Of a stretch of DNA of 64,000 nt, positions 1-13,080 are shown in pieces. Within the stretch, counting starts at the first letter, position 1. Every line of letters starts with the position of its first letter. The DNA comes from Mobula hypostoma (Eukaryota): contig NC_086097.1 in the NCBI RefSeq assembly GCF_963921235.1, forward strand, positions 205,718,001-205,782,000, read 5' to 3'. The notes below the pieces were generated by a model. That model was not told the origin of the DNA and made no database searches. It worked only from the letters and a program-made list of their open reading frames with translations. The position numbers and the translations under genes are program-made.

Positions 1-2590
1 TGACATCCCCCTTGTATCTACTTCGAAGCACCTTAAAACTATGCACACTCGTGTTAGCCATTTCAGTCCTGGGAAAAAGCCTATTCTACACTATCAATAC
101 ATCTAATTATCTTATGCACCTCTATTAGGTCACCTCTCATCCTCTGTCACTCTTAGGAAAAAAAGCCAAGATCACGCAACATATTCTCATAAGGCACACT
201 CTTCAGTCCAGGCAACATCCTTGTAAATCTCTGCACTCTCTCTATATAGTATCCATATCCTTCCTGTAGTGAGGTGACCAGAAATGAACACAGTAGTCCA
301 AGTGGGGTCTAACTAAGGTCTGATTCAGCTGTAACATTACCTCACAGTTCTTGAACTCAATGAAGGCCAACACACCATATGCCTTCTTAACAACACTGTC
401 AACTTGCGCAGCATCTTTGAGTGTCCTATGAACATGGACCCCAAGATCTCACTGATCCTCCACACTGCCAAGTGTCTTACCATTAATATTATATTCTGTC
501 TTCAAATTTGACCTACCAAAATGAACCACTTCACACCTGCCTAGGTTGAAGTCCATCTGCCACTTCTCAGCCCAGTTCTACATCCTATCGATGTCTCGCT
601 GTAACCTCTAACAATCCTCCAGACTATCCACAACACCCGCAATTTTTGTATCATCAGCAAACTTACTAACCCATCCTTCCACTTCCTCATCCAGGTAATT
701 TATAAATATCACAAAGAGGAGGGATCCTAGAACAGATCCCTATGAAACATCACTGGTCTCCATCCTCCATTCAGAATATGAACCATCCACAACCATCCTT
801 TGCTTTCTGTGGGGAAGCCAATTCTGGATCCACAAAGAAAGGACCCCTTGGATCCCATGCCTCCTTACTTTCTGAATGAGCCTTGCATGGGGAACCTTAT
901 CAAGTGCCTTACTGAAATCCATATACACAACATCTACTGCTCTACCTTCATCAATGTATTTTGTTATACCCTCAAAGAATTCAATCAGGTTTGTAAGGCA
1001 TGACCTGCCCTTGACAAAGCTATGCTGAGAATTCCTAAACAGACTGTGTCTTTCCAAATGCTAATAAATCCTGCCTCTCAGTATCTTCTCCAACAACTTG
1101 TCCACGACTGAAGTAAGACTCACTGGTCTATAATTTCCTGAGTTATCTCTACTCCCTTTCTTGGACAAGAGAATAACATCTGCAACCTTCTAATCCTCTG
1201 GTACTTCTCCCATCCATATTGATGATGCAAAGATCATTGCCAGATGCTCAGCAATCTCTTCCCTCAATTCCCACAGTAGCTTGGGGTTTATCACGTCTGG
1301 TTCTGGCGACTTACCTAACTTAATACTTTTCAAAAGCTCCAGCCCATCCTCTTTCTTAATGTCTATACACTTAAGATGTTCCAGTCCACTGTTGGTCATC
1401 CCCACATTGCCAAAGTCCTTTTCCCTGGCGAATACTGAAGTAAGGTATTCATGAAGCAACTCCGTTACCTCCTCCGGCTCATGTTTCCACTATTGCTCCT
1501 AATTGGACGTATACTCACATGGCTCATCCTCTTGCTCTTCACATACTTGTAGAATGCCTTGGGGTTTTCCTTAATCCTGCTCACCAAGGCCTTCTCCTTC
1601 TAGCTCTCCTAATTTCATTCTTGAGCTCCTTCCTGGCACCCTTGTAATTTTCTAGAGCTATAACAGTACCTAGTTTCTTGAACCTTTGGTAAGCTTTTCT
1701 TTTCTTTTCTTCTTAACTAGATTTTCTACATCCTTTGTACACCATGGTTCTTTTACCCTACCATCTTTTTCCTGCCTCAATAGAGTATACCTATGCAGAA
1801 TGCCATGCAAATATAGCCAGAACATATGTCACGTTTCTGCCGTCCATTTCCCTGAGAACATCGGCTCCCAATTTATGTTCCCAAGTTCCTGCTTGGGAAC
1901 ATATTTCCCCTACCCCAACTAAACTTTTCTGAAATTGTCTGATTCTATCCCTTTCCAGTGCCATGGTAAAGGAAATGGAGTTGTGATCACTACCTCCAAA
2001 ATGTTCTCCCACCGAAAGATCTAACACCTGACCAATAACAGATCAAGTACAGCCTCTGCTCTAATTGGCTTATCTACACATTGTGTCAGGAAACCGTCCT
2101 GAACACACTTAACAAACTCCACCCCATCTAAACCCCTTGCACACTAAGGAGATGCCAGTCAATATTAGGAAAGTTAAAATCACCCATCACAACAAGTCAA
2201 TTATTATTGCATTGTTCCTAATGTCTCTGTTACTCTTGAGGGGTCTATAAAAAAAAACACCCAGTAGAGTTATTGCCCCCTTCCTGTTTCGGACTTCCAC
2301 CCACAATGACTCAGTAGACAATCCCTCCATGACTTCCTCCTTTTCTGCAGCCATGATACTACCCCTGATTAGCAGCGCCATTACCCCACCCCTTTTCCCT
2401 CCCTCCCTGTCCTTTTTAAAACATCTAAAGCCCAGCACAGTCAGCAGCCATTCCTGCCCTGAGACATCCAAATCTCTATAATAGCAACAACGTCATAGTT
2501 CCACATATTGATCCACACTCTATGTTCATCCATCTTGCTTATGATACTCCTTGCATTAAAATAGACACATCTCAAACCATCTGGCTGAGT
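1..2590 (-). mobile_element. CR1-clade LINE, degenerate ORF2 (APE endonuclease + RT), runs off the window start
   Basis: Fragmented ORFs LRCVYFNARSI (endonuclease start), GEHFGGSDHNSI, QHSFVKGRSCLTNLIEFFE and YMDFSKALDKVPH, with many stops and frameshifts. Confidence 0.9.
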
Positions 2591-4608
2591 GCTTCTTTGC
2601 TCTATGGTGAATTCATTTTTTTTTAAACTAAATCTTGGCCAGAATGTTAAAGACATTCACTGATATTCATCCAGCTAGGATTATGCAAATTTTATTATGT
2701 TGGCATAATATTAGCAACTTCTTAGCAATTTTTGGAAATCATACTTAAATTACTTGTTTATTATACAAGTGGAGTGACACAGTTATGAAAACTTTACATT
2801 TATAGCAGTCGATTTGTTCAGAGTGCCTTAATCGCTTTAACACCTGGTGAATTCTTTTCATAATACTGGAAAGAAGAGAAACCTGCTGGCTAATTTAAAC
2901 AGTGAGCTCCATCAGTGAAAAGTTCATTTGTTTTAACAAAACTGGTAGAGGGATAGACACTGGTCAGGGTGTCAAAAAGATCTCTTGCTTCTTTGAAGAC
3001 TTGTCTAATCTGATGGATGACTATTCTGAGACTGCTGTACCTTGTTTTACTCAACTAAGTATTTCGCTTCCGCTGCAGTTTGTTAGTCTTCACAGGGAGC
3101 TGAGCACACAATTTCCTACTCAGAGGGGAGAACTGTATTTCTAAGCCAATGCTGCCACTTTACTAGTTTAGCTGAATGATTCCATAGTCTATGGCATATG
3201 ACAAAGAAGGAACAACAAGAAAGCAGCCTAAATAAAGCAGTTACAATTCAGTCTTTCATCAGATATGCTGTTCTGTCACTGACTGAGACCTGCATTCCTT
3301 CTTTCTACCACTTTCTTAGCAACTCCCTTTTCCTGGGTAAGTCAACAGCAGTCTGACCTTCACTCATTCTGCCCTTTCCATATATACTCTCTTTTCCCTT
3401 CATTATACACAATGGATAGAGATGTTGGCCAACAGTTTCATTCATCATTTTTTAGGCAAAGCTCTTTGATTGGTCACTCACTCAACATTCACTGAGGGAC
3501 CAGAGGATGCAACCTTAAGAAAAACTTTGAAGTTGTAACAACGAATTCTAGAGACACCATGAAATTGTAAACGAAACTCACAGCATCCCAATTCATGTGT
3601 GATGAATAAGAAGATACACCCAGCACACATTTACATGATTGCTAAGTTGTTGCGAAGCTAATAAAGCATAGAAACAATATTATTAGGTGTGCAGTTCAGA
3701 TTTATATTGCTGCCATAATGAATTCCAACATGAATATCAACAACAAAATAGTTAAGTATCATTGTTATGTCTACTAAGTATTAACATTTCAAATAATCAA
3801 GCCCATACGTGTCAAGCTATTGCTACATTTTAAAATAATTTATTTTGCCTTTAAATTTAACTGTTGCATTCATAGAAACTAGGAAATTGCAAGACCTCAC
3901 ATGAAAAGGTTATTAAAAGTAATTAGAATATGTTTTGAGAGATTACACTTAAAACAATTTTTGCAAAACTTCTCTCTTTGTATGTGGTTTCCACCTCACT
4001 GGTTTGCCAATTTTCTGTGAATGGTGTCTTTGTACAGAAATAAACAGCTGCTAGTCACCACATTTGCAATTGTACCTTATTGCATGTATGCCTCAGTCTA
4101 AAAGGCAACTGATCTAGTTTATGAAATGTTCATTGGGTAGATTTTTATCATTTTAACACATTTAAATCTATTTAAAACTATTTTAAATCTAAATCTATAA
4201 AGATTATTCACTACATACATCATGGTGCAATATTAACATGGTGATTATTTTCATTATAAATGTGATCTGCTTTATATTCTGTGCTCAATCATTTCTGGGC
4301 CATTGTTCTGCTAATGAGTCCAGTAATTCAAAAACAACATTAAGAATGCAACTTGAGTGTAGGATAGATTATGAGGTTGAGCAGCTGTGTCTTTGAAGAA
4401 AAATCTAAATAAACTGGAATGATTTTCACTGAAAGTGGGATAGTTAGAAAGATATTTAATAAAGGAATTCAAAATTATTGCTTAAAGAGAGCAAAAATAT
4501 TGGATCATGGCCTTCTGCATGTTACAAGTCACACTACATGAATTAGATATTATATGACTAGATTGAAAAGGAAGGGAATTATAGAAAAAGATGGAACAAA
4601 ACTGACTC

Positions 4609-5687
4609 TGATGTGATATCAATGAGCTCCAACACCTGAGTCTCTGTACTTCCCTCTGCAAATGGATCCTTGACTTCCTCACTGGAAGACCACAGTCTGT
4701 GCAGATCAGAAATAACATCTCCTCCTCACTGACAAACACTGCCGCATCTCAAGGATGGATGCTTGGCCCAGTGCTCTACTCTCTCTACACCTCAGGATTG
4801 GGTGGCTAGGCACAGCTCAGATGCCATCTATATATTCGCCGATGACACAATTATTGTTGGCAGAATTTCAGATGGTAATCAGGGGGCATACAGGAGTAAG
4901 ATACATCAGCTGGTTGAGTAATATTGCAACAACAACCTTGCACTCAGCATCATCAAGAACAAAGAATTGATTGTTGACGTCAGGAAGCGGAAGTCGAGGA
5001 ACCACACAGCAGTCCTTATCGAGAGATCAAAAGTGCAAAGGGTGAGCAGCTTCCAGTTCCTGGGTATCAACATCTCTGAGGATCTATCCTTGGCCCAACA
5101 TGCAATTACAGAAAGACATGACAGCATATTTCATCAGGAGTTTGAGGAGACTTGGTATGTCACCAAAGACACTCACAAATTTCTACATGGAGAAATTTCT
5201 ACAAATTTTCCCCATGTGCCATGGAGGGCATTCTAACTGATTGCATCATTGTCTGTATGGAGGGGCCACTTCATAGGCTTGGAAAAAGTTTCAGAAAGTT
5301 GTAAAGTCAGCCAGCTTCATCATGGGCACTAGCCTCCCAGCATCCAGGATGCCTTCAAAAGCTGATGCCTAAAAAAGGCAGCATCCATCATTACGAACCC
5401 CCGTTACACAAGGCATGCCTCCTTCTCATTGCTAATATCAATGCCTGAAGACACACATTCAACATTACAGGAACAGTTTCTGCCCCTCTGCCATCAGATT
5501 TCTGAATGGACAATAAACAGGAACACTACCTTACACTATAATTTAATATATTTTTAATATATACTTCTTATTGTACCTTATAATTTTTTATTATTATGTA
5601 TTACAATATACTGCTGCCGCCAAAAAGCTAATTTCATAATATGCGCCAGTGATATTAAACCTGATTCTAATTCTGATTCTGATTCTG
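4609..5687 (+). mobile_element. Rex1/Babar-like LINE, 5'-truncated
   Basis: RT remnants ([30 protein letters not shown]...FQFLGINISEDLS); ends in an AAACCTGATTCT tail of (TGATTC)n type. Confidence 0.8.
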
Positions 5688-5843
5688 CTTGGACTATATT
5701 AAAACCTGAAAAGCTAAATGTATAAGAATTTTTTGCTACTGAATTTTTTTCAGTATTTAAAGCCTTTCCAATTGTGCCACTGCATCCCAGTATCTCACAC
5801 CATTGCAATCCCTGCTCTCCCAGAAATACATTTAATTGCATAA

Positions 5844-5851
5844 ATATATAT

Positions 5852-5895
<44 letters not shown>
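5844..5895. repeat. Compound (TA)n(CA)n(TA)n microsatellite
   Basis: Directly visible dinucleotide runs. Confidence 0.95.
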
Positions 5896-6459
5896 TTACA
5901 ATGGCCTCTCCTAGTAACATAATCTTGACTTTATTATCCTTTAGGTAGAAAAGATGTACTCTTTTTCCCAATTACGTTGTTTTTTTTAATCTCAGTCCAA
6001 ATACATAATTCTTCAACAGCTTTAAGTGGTGGCAATTCAATGGTGAGGTTCTAGAAAGTTTGCCATTGTATTTCTGTTCATTCGTTACCAGTTTTCTTGG
6101 CCTTTCTAGACTGAACATTATGAACAGCTGAGAAAGTAAGTTAGCGACTGCTCAAATGCTTTTGTCATTTTTTAAATGTATTCTTATGTACTTAATTGTC
6201 CCTTGAGAACTCTGGCCTAATACTACAAATTCAAAGCATTTGGCACTTGTTATTTGCCCCTCTATAATGCTTAGTTTCTGAATGCCTGTACCATCTATAA
6301 ACTGAAATGGGATACCTTTATCCTTGGCCCTTTCTGAAGTTTCTATGAAGAACCTAAATAACACGTGCTTGGAAGGATTTTGTGTGAAGATGTTACTGAA
6401 AAAAGAAACCTGATTGTCTGATAAGTGAATGGATTTTCATCTCTATTTAAAAAAAGATT

Positions 6460-6790
6460 CTACTTTTAAGAGAAATTAAGCATTTTTTTTCTTTTCTCAG
6501 GAGAATATGAGTCTTTACAACTCACTTCCTCGCAGAGCAATGGAACCTAAGTCCTTGAACATTCTTAAGTCAGAGGTAAATTATGTCTTGATCGCAAGTG
6601 GTGAAAGGTCACTCTGGATAGACTGGAACATGGAGATAAAGTTACAGTAAGACAAGCCTGGATTTTATTAAATGGAGGAAATTCAAGGTTGGTTTCCGCT
6701 GGCTCTGGATTTATGTGATTATATAAGCTCATATAAACTTGGTGCAGGCTCAAAGGGCCGAATGGTCTACTTCTGCACCTATTGTCTATA
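6460..6790 (+). mobile_element. Old CR1 3'-end fragment
   Basis: gcaggctcaaagggccgaatggtctacttctgcacctatt resembles the tail of the CR1 ending at 23464. Confidence 0.55.
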
Positions 6791-6869
6791 AGATGGTACT
6801 AAAGATCAACAGGGTTAATAGCAGTAAAGGAATGTATTGTAACTTAGTTATGAATTAGTAAAAGGAATT

Positions 6870-7425
6870 GGAAATGCCCAGAATGGGCATTGTGCATGAT
6901 CAAAAATGTGAGAAAATGTGAAATAGTAAAAGTACATACCTGAGACATGTTTTCTTGCGGGCATACTCAGTAAATCCAAGAAACATAATAGAATCAATGA
7001 AGGACTGTTCTCAACAGGGCGGACAAACAACTAATGTGCAAAAGACAACACACTGTGCAAAGACTTAAGAAATATAAATAAATACATAAGCAACAAACGT
7101 CAAGAACATGAGTTGAAGAGTCCTTGAAAGTGACTCCATAGGTTATGGGAACAGTTCAGTGGTGGGCGAGTATAGTTATCCCCACTGGTTCAAGAGGCTG
7201 ATGGTTGAGGAGTAATAACTGTTCCTGAACATGATGGTGTGCATTCTGAGGCTCGTATATCTTCTTCCTGATGGCAGTGCAAGAATGGCCTGAGTGGCGG
7301 GGGTCCTTGATGATGGATGCAGCTTTCCTGAGACAGTGATCTGTGTAGATGTGCTCAGTTGTGGGGAGGGCTTTACCTGTGATGGACTGCACCATATCCA
7401 CTACTTTCTGTAGGATTTCCCATTC
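6870..7425 (-). mobile_element. Rex1/Babar-like LINE 3' fragment
   Basis: LQKVVDMVQSITGKALPTTEHIYTDHCLRKAASIIKDPRHSGH resembles the C-terminus of the 4609-5687 family. Confidence 0.7.
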
Positions 7426-8229
7426 CAGGTGGAAAGAGATGTAGGCAGACTGTATGCCACAATGAAGGCAAAATTGGAAGTCGGTATCTAGAAACCGCTG
7501 AAATTGCAGGATGCAATCAGACTGGTAAAGGATGAGGAAAAGGTAGGAAGAAAAGAGTTTGAAATGGCAAAAGGATGCCAAAATAGTAAGTTTGCTTTGA
7601 CACTGCTGCACGTAGATCATGAGCAGAAGGCTGAAATGAACTCAGTAAGCTGAGACGCCACATGGTTGGAAGCTGTGCAGGGATGATCTCTAAAGGAAAT
7701 GCAATCCATAACTGTGTGGGGAAAAAACGGCCTATTATTCAATGGTGGAATTATGGTCCAGGGGAAGAAAATGGATGTGCCTGAGTACTGAAGTTTGACT
7801 TTTGCAAGATAGAGGTCAATTTTTCAGAATACAACAGTATGACAGTTCTAATGATTCTGAGCATTCAGAAGTGAGTAGTGAGGGGAACTGAAAAGTCAAG
7901 GAGTCATTATCACACTGACAAACAACACTGCTGCACTTCAAGGATGGACACTTGGTCCAGTGCTTAACTCTCTCTACACCTTTCATTATCTATTAGCAGT
8001 AAATAGATCTGGAGCGTATAAAGGGCCAGAGGGAGGGGTCCAGATAGAATGGAAATTTTGGAGATGGAATGAAAGATCTGCAGTCTAGGGTGAAGACTTC
8101 AGGACAAGTAAATGGGTGCAGAGGCAGCTTTACTATATTTACGCTTGGAATAGCCAGGTTATCATTTGGGGTAAGATTGGGTATGCTAGGCTTACACCAG
8201 TTTGAATCCACTCAGGTTCCAACATCATC

Positions 8230-8785
8230 TTCAACTTCATCAGCCCATTAGATCCCCTCACTTGGACCCACTGGCCATCTCTTGCTCCTACCTTCCCATC
8301 CCTCCCCCACCTTTTTATACCGGCTGTCTACACTTCTCTTTCTAGTCCAGATAAAGGGTCTTGACACAAAACATCAACTGTCCACTCTCCTCCATTGCCA
8401 CCGGCTGAAGTTTAGAGGAGTGAGAAAGGATTTGATTGAAAGATGGGTCTTGGCAAGGTGGATGTGAAGAGGATATTACTTCTTGTGGGAAAATCTAGAC
8501 CTGGCATCACTATTGTAAAATAAGGAGTCACACATAGAGTAGGTATTTTTTTGTTTTCCCTATGAGAGTTATAAATCTTTGGAACACTCTTCTTCAATGG
8601 AAGCAGAGACTTTGGATATTTTTTAAAATCAGAAGCAGAAAGCTTTTTCATAAGCTTGGAGGGGAGGATCAAGATCACTGTGGGTGGAAGGGAACAAAAA
8701 GATGAGTTACAATCTGATTAGCCATAAATTTATTAAATAGTAGAACAGCCTCAAGGGGCTCTGCAATCTCCTCCTGCTCCTAATT
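8230..8785 (+). mobile_element. Degenerate Penelope-like terminal fragment followed by a degenerate CR1 3' fragment
   Basis: Pyrimidine-rich tract plus a decayed hammerhead-like segment (gtccagataaagggtcttgacacaaaacatcaactg) to about 8400, then a CR1-like 3' end. Confidence 0.45.
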
Positions 8786-9354
8786 CAAATATTTATATTT
8801 TCATCCTTTCACATTATTCCTTCAGCTGCCTTCATGAAGTCATGGTTTCAAGCTTAATGTAAAACATGTGTAAGTGTGCACATTTTCAAAGCATTTATGA
8901 ATACACACCCAATTGAGCAATTGCTTGTTAAATATACAGAATGTATGAAAATACTTTCCTGTGAAATCAAAGCAGCAAAAGAGAGAAAAGAAAACAGATG
9001 TAGACAATATAAAATACGATGTTTGTAACAATGCAAATGAAATATATGCAGCAAGAAATTTAATCATGGAATGAACATATGAAGATTCAGTTCTATTAGC
9101 AAATTAAAGAATTGATCAAAAATAGTAATTAATAATCTGGAATGATTTCAGCAATGATCGAAAGATATATTTTTATTTGCTTTTTTATCCACTAGGGATT
9201 TATCCGGACTCAGTTCAGTGCTAGAATTTCTGGATAAATATTTTCTGCAAAGTCAGACACTGATGATGAATTTTGTCTTTAGCTATTTTAGGAAAAGAAT
9301 GTTGAAAGGTCAAGTTATTAAACACAGCAAAATCCTCCCGGTCCAAGCAGCAGT

Positions 9355-9830
9355 TGATCTCCTATTATCACCCCCATAGCCGCCAAGTACTTGGAGAGAC
9401 TGGTTACGTCCCACATTAAGAGCACCATCCCTGCTACTCTGGACCAACACCAGTTTGCCTATAACACAACCGATCAGCTGAGGAGGCCATCTCCATTGCT
9501 CTGCACACCGTACTGGAACACATGGGGCATAAGGAAACCTACACCAGAATGCTTTTAATCAGCTACAGTTCTGCCTTCAACAATATACTCCCCAACAAGT
9601 TGAACATTAAACTATGCAATCTGGGACTGAATACATCATGTTGTAACTGGATTCTGGACTTTCTTACTGAACGTACCCAGACAGTCAGATGAGCTCATCC
9701 CACCCTAGTAATCACCTGTTCAATCTCCTACCATCCTGCAGGAGATACAGAAACATCTCTGCACAGACATCTACACTGAAAAGCAGCTTTATCCCAGGAC
9801 TGTTGTGCAACTGAACAATGCCCCATTTTA
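9355..9830 (+). mobile_element. Rex1-like LINE RT fragment with internal deletion
   Basis: PIAAKYLERLVTSHIKSTIPATLDQHQFAY and [15 protein letters not shown], then an abrupt jump at about 9690 to C-terminal sequence (HPSNHLFNLLPSCRRYRNI). Confidence 0.65.
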
Positions 9831-10439
9831 AGCAACATACATCAAAGTTGCTGGTGAACGCAGCAGGCCAGGCAGCATCCTGTTTTTAATTCACTTGCAA
9901 CTTGGATGTCACTCCAAATAACTCAGACATTAGTTTTAATTTAGTCATTGTGTGTTTAGTAATTAAATTGCCAGTGTGCTGTTTTGCACTGAATGGAGTT
10001 CAGTTGCAATTTCATTTGCCTCAGCAATGACAATAAAGCTCCAATTAACTAATCTGGGTTTTGGACTACCTTCAGTTGGCATCTCAAAGCACTGGAGAGA
10101 AGCTGCTACAAAGTCCTTTAAATCCACTGGCTAGATAGTGATCAGCATGCACCCTCATACCGACAATCCTGCAATGAGATCCTAATTATACACAGCCAGC
10201 TCCAATGTGCAAGTGACCTCATTGGTTTGCTTGATACCAGACTCCAGAAACAGAGACTTCGTTCTGACACATGTCACAGAAAGGGAATATCAAGCAGACA
10301 GAGAAATTGCTTTAAGGATTTCTTAAAACTGTCTTAAAAATGCCCTTATTTGCTCAGGGGAGTACTTGGATGACCACCTGAAGTGGAGAAAGCGCTCTAG
10401 TTTCCTTCTACATTCCAAAAGGCAGGAAATGGACAAAAT

Positions 10440-13080
10440 CATGCATTCATAAACAGTGAGTGATAATAATCATAAGTTAAAAAAAACGAAAGCAGAAATG
10501 GATGGCTACATTGGAAAGATAGGCGTCATCAATTGCACGAAAGATGGCAGACACTGTACTCACACATTATGATCCACATCATCCAGTAAAGTTTGCCTGT
10601 GATGACTCATTTTATGGTATAGGTGCAGTCATGTCACATGTTATGAGTGATAGAAGTGAATACCCACAGCCTTTGCATCACATTTCATTAGCATTGTAGA
10701 GAAAAATTATGCACAGATTGACACAGAGGCTTTCAGTCTGGTTTGGGGTGGAAAACATTTCAACCATTACCTGTATTGGAGAAAGTTTACCTTCATTATT
10801 GATCATCAACCACTGGTCCATTTTCAAATATAAGTGTGTTCTACTGACAGCAGCAGCATGAATGCAGAGATGGGCTCTGTTTTTTGGAGGACACAATTAC
10901 AAAGATCTAATTCAAGAGGACGACTAATCATGGAAATGCTGATGGATTTTCCTGTTTACCCTTGGAAAAGGAAATACCTGAAACATTTACAAAAGGGGAC
11001 ACTCCTCTAGACGTATTCTCCCTAATGCAAATTGAAAGTCTCCCTATTACGGCAGAGGTGATGCAAAGGGAAACTCGAAAAGACCCCATAATGTCTGACT
11101 TCTACATGGGAATTCAAAATGACTGGAATGTGCAGCAGAAGTTCTTGTTTCCCCACTTTTACAGTGTCAGGATGAACTTGCCCTTGGCAGAGGTTGCCTT
11201 ATGTGGGTACTGAGAGTTGTACCATCCAAACTGAGAGCTAAAGTGTTGAAGAAGTTACATGCCAGGCATCTAGTCATGGTCAAAATGAAAGTATTTGCAT
11301 GAAGCTTTGTTTGGTGGCCTGGGAAAGATCAGCTTAGATGCCAACATGTCCAGAAGATACCAAGAGCTGCACCTTCCATACTTGGGAATGGCCTATGTTG
11401 CCCTGTCAGAGGATTCAAGTGGACCTTGCCGGACTATTCACGGGCACAAATTTCCTGGTACAAGCAGATACAGCTACAAAGTGGTCAGAAATATCCCCAA
11501 GAGACTCCACTACAGCCTCAGACACTGCTGATGTGTAGAGAAGCCTCTTCACAAGGTCTGGTGTTCTAGAACACTTTGTCAGTGGCAACAGACCACAGTT
11601 TATGGCAGAACAATTTCAGTCATTCCAGATAATGAATGGAATAAGACATATTACATCTGCACCGTACCACCCAGCTACAAATGGCTTCGTGGAAAGATTT
11701 ATCTAAGAGTCTAAAGAATGTACTGCAAGCAATGCCAGCAGAACACACTACACTAATACTGAATCAGAGGCTTGCCAATTTCCTCCGTACATATCGCAAT
11801 GCAGCGCAAAAGACAACCAACAACTCAACAGCTATGCTGTTCCTGGACCGTCCCTAACACCCATGCTTGGATCTCAACAAACCCTACCTCAGAAGGAGTA
11901 TGCAGGACAAAAAGCTGAGGGCTCCTCAAACAAGGAGGTTTGATGTTTCCCTCTGGGACAAGCAGTCCTGGTGAGGGACTACACAGATCAAAAGTGGGTA
12001 CTTGGAATGACTAAGGACAGAACTGGACCACTCTTCTACACAGTGGAGATTGCACCTGATGTCACCTGGAGATGACTCATCAATCAGTAGAGGACAGCAG
12101 AGTCAATTGTTAGAGGAGAGAGGTGTCCACAGCTGTCAGAACCACTTCCTGCAGTCCCAGATTCAATCACCACGGAGGAGGCCCCAGAACCCGAGACTGT
12201 TGCAGCTCTATAAAACTCTGGTTAGGCCACACTTGGAGTATTGTGTCCAGTTCTGGTCACCTCACTATAGGAAGGATGTGGAAGCATTGAAAAGGGTACA
12301 GAGGAGATTTACCAGGATGCTGCCTGGTTTAGAAAGTATGCATTATGATCAGAGATTAAGGGAGCTAGGGCTTTACTCTTTGGAGAGAAGGAGGGTGAGA
12401 GGAGACATGATAGAGGTGTACAAGATAATAAGAGGAATAGATAGAGTGGATAGCCAGCGCCTCTTCCCCAGGGCACCACTGCTCAATGCAAGAGGACATG
12501 ACTTTAAGGTAAGGGGTGGGAAGTTCAAGGGGGATATTAGAGGAAGGTTTTTTACTCAGAGAGTGGTTGGTGCGTGGAATGCACTGCCTGAGTCAGTGGT
12601 GGAGGCAGATACACTAGTGAAGTTTAAGAGACTACTAGACAGGTATATGGCGGAATCTAAGGTGAGGGCTTATATGGGAGGCAGGGTTTGAGGGTCGGCA
12701 CAACATTGTGGGCCAAAGGGCCTGTACTGTGCTGTACTATTCTATGTTCTATGTTTCACAGTCACAAGGCTCACCTGCCAAGCAGAGTGACCTCCCTGGT
12801 CAGGAAAGACATTATGCACAACAGTAAGAAATCCTCCACAGTGATTAAATCTTTAGGCCTGAATGGAACAATTCAAAATTTACTCTGCTTTGGATGTCTA
12901 CATAGTAGTTGTATTTACATAATTTATTATGGGTTATCTGTGAATGTCATATGTCATATGTTACCATGTCATAAGTGCAAGCCTTCGTGAAAGTAAAAAC
13001 AAAGTTTATACGCATTTTTCAGGCTCCCTTGTTTCTCTTTCAATTAGTTTAATGTTTTGGCATTACAAAACATAAAACGT
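10440..13080 (+). mobile_element. Gypsy/Ty3 LTR retrotransposon relic (gag stub, RNase H, integrase, probable 3' LTR), interrupted by a CR1
   Basis: DTVLTHYDPHHPVKFACDDSFYGIGAVMSH and EKNYAQID (RNase H); VVPSKLRAKVLKKLHARHL (integrase zinc region); WEWPMLPCQRIQVDLAG and SAPYHPATNGFVERF (rve). Many frameshifts; outer boundaries approximate. Confidence 0.85.
12198..12755 (+). mobile_element. CR1 LINE 3' fragment inserted into the Gypsy relic
   Basis: Open frame LLQLYKTLVRPHLEYCVQFWSPHYRKD...FFTQRVVGAWNALP; (TTCTATG)n tail; TGTT on both sides. Confidence 0.92.

Noticed and set aside
12050..12691. 213-aa ORF as a novel fusion protein
   Set aside because: Chance read-through from the Gypsy relic into an inserted CR1 fragment, with a non-ATG start.
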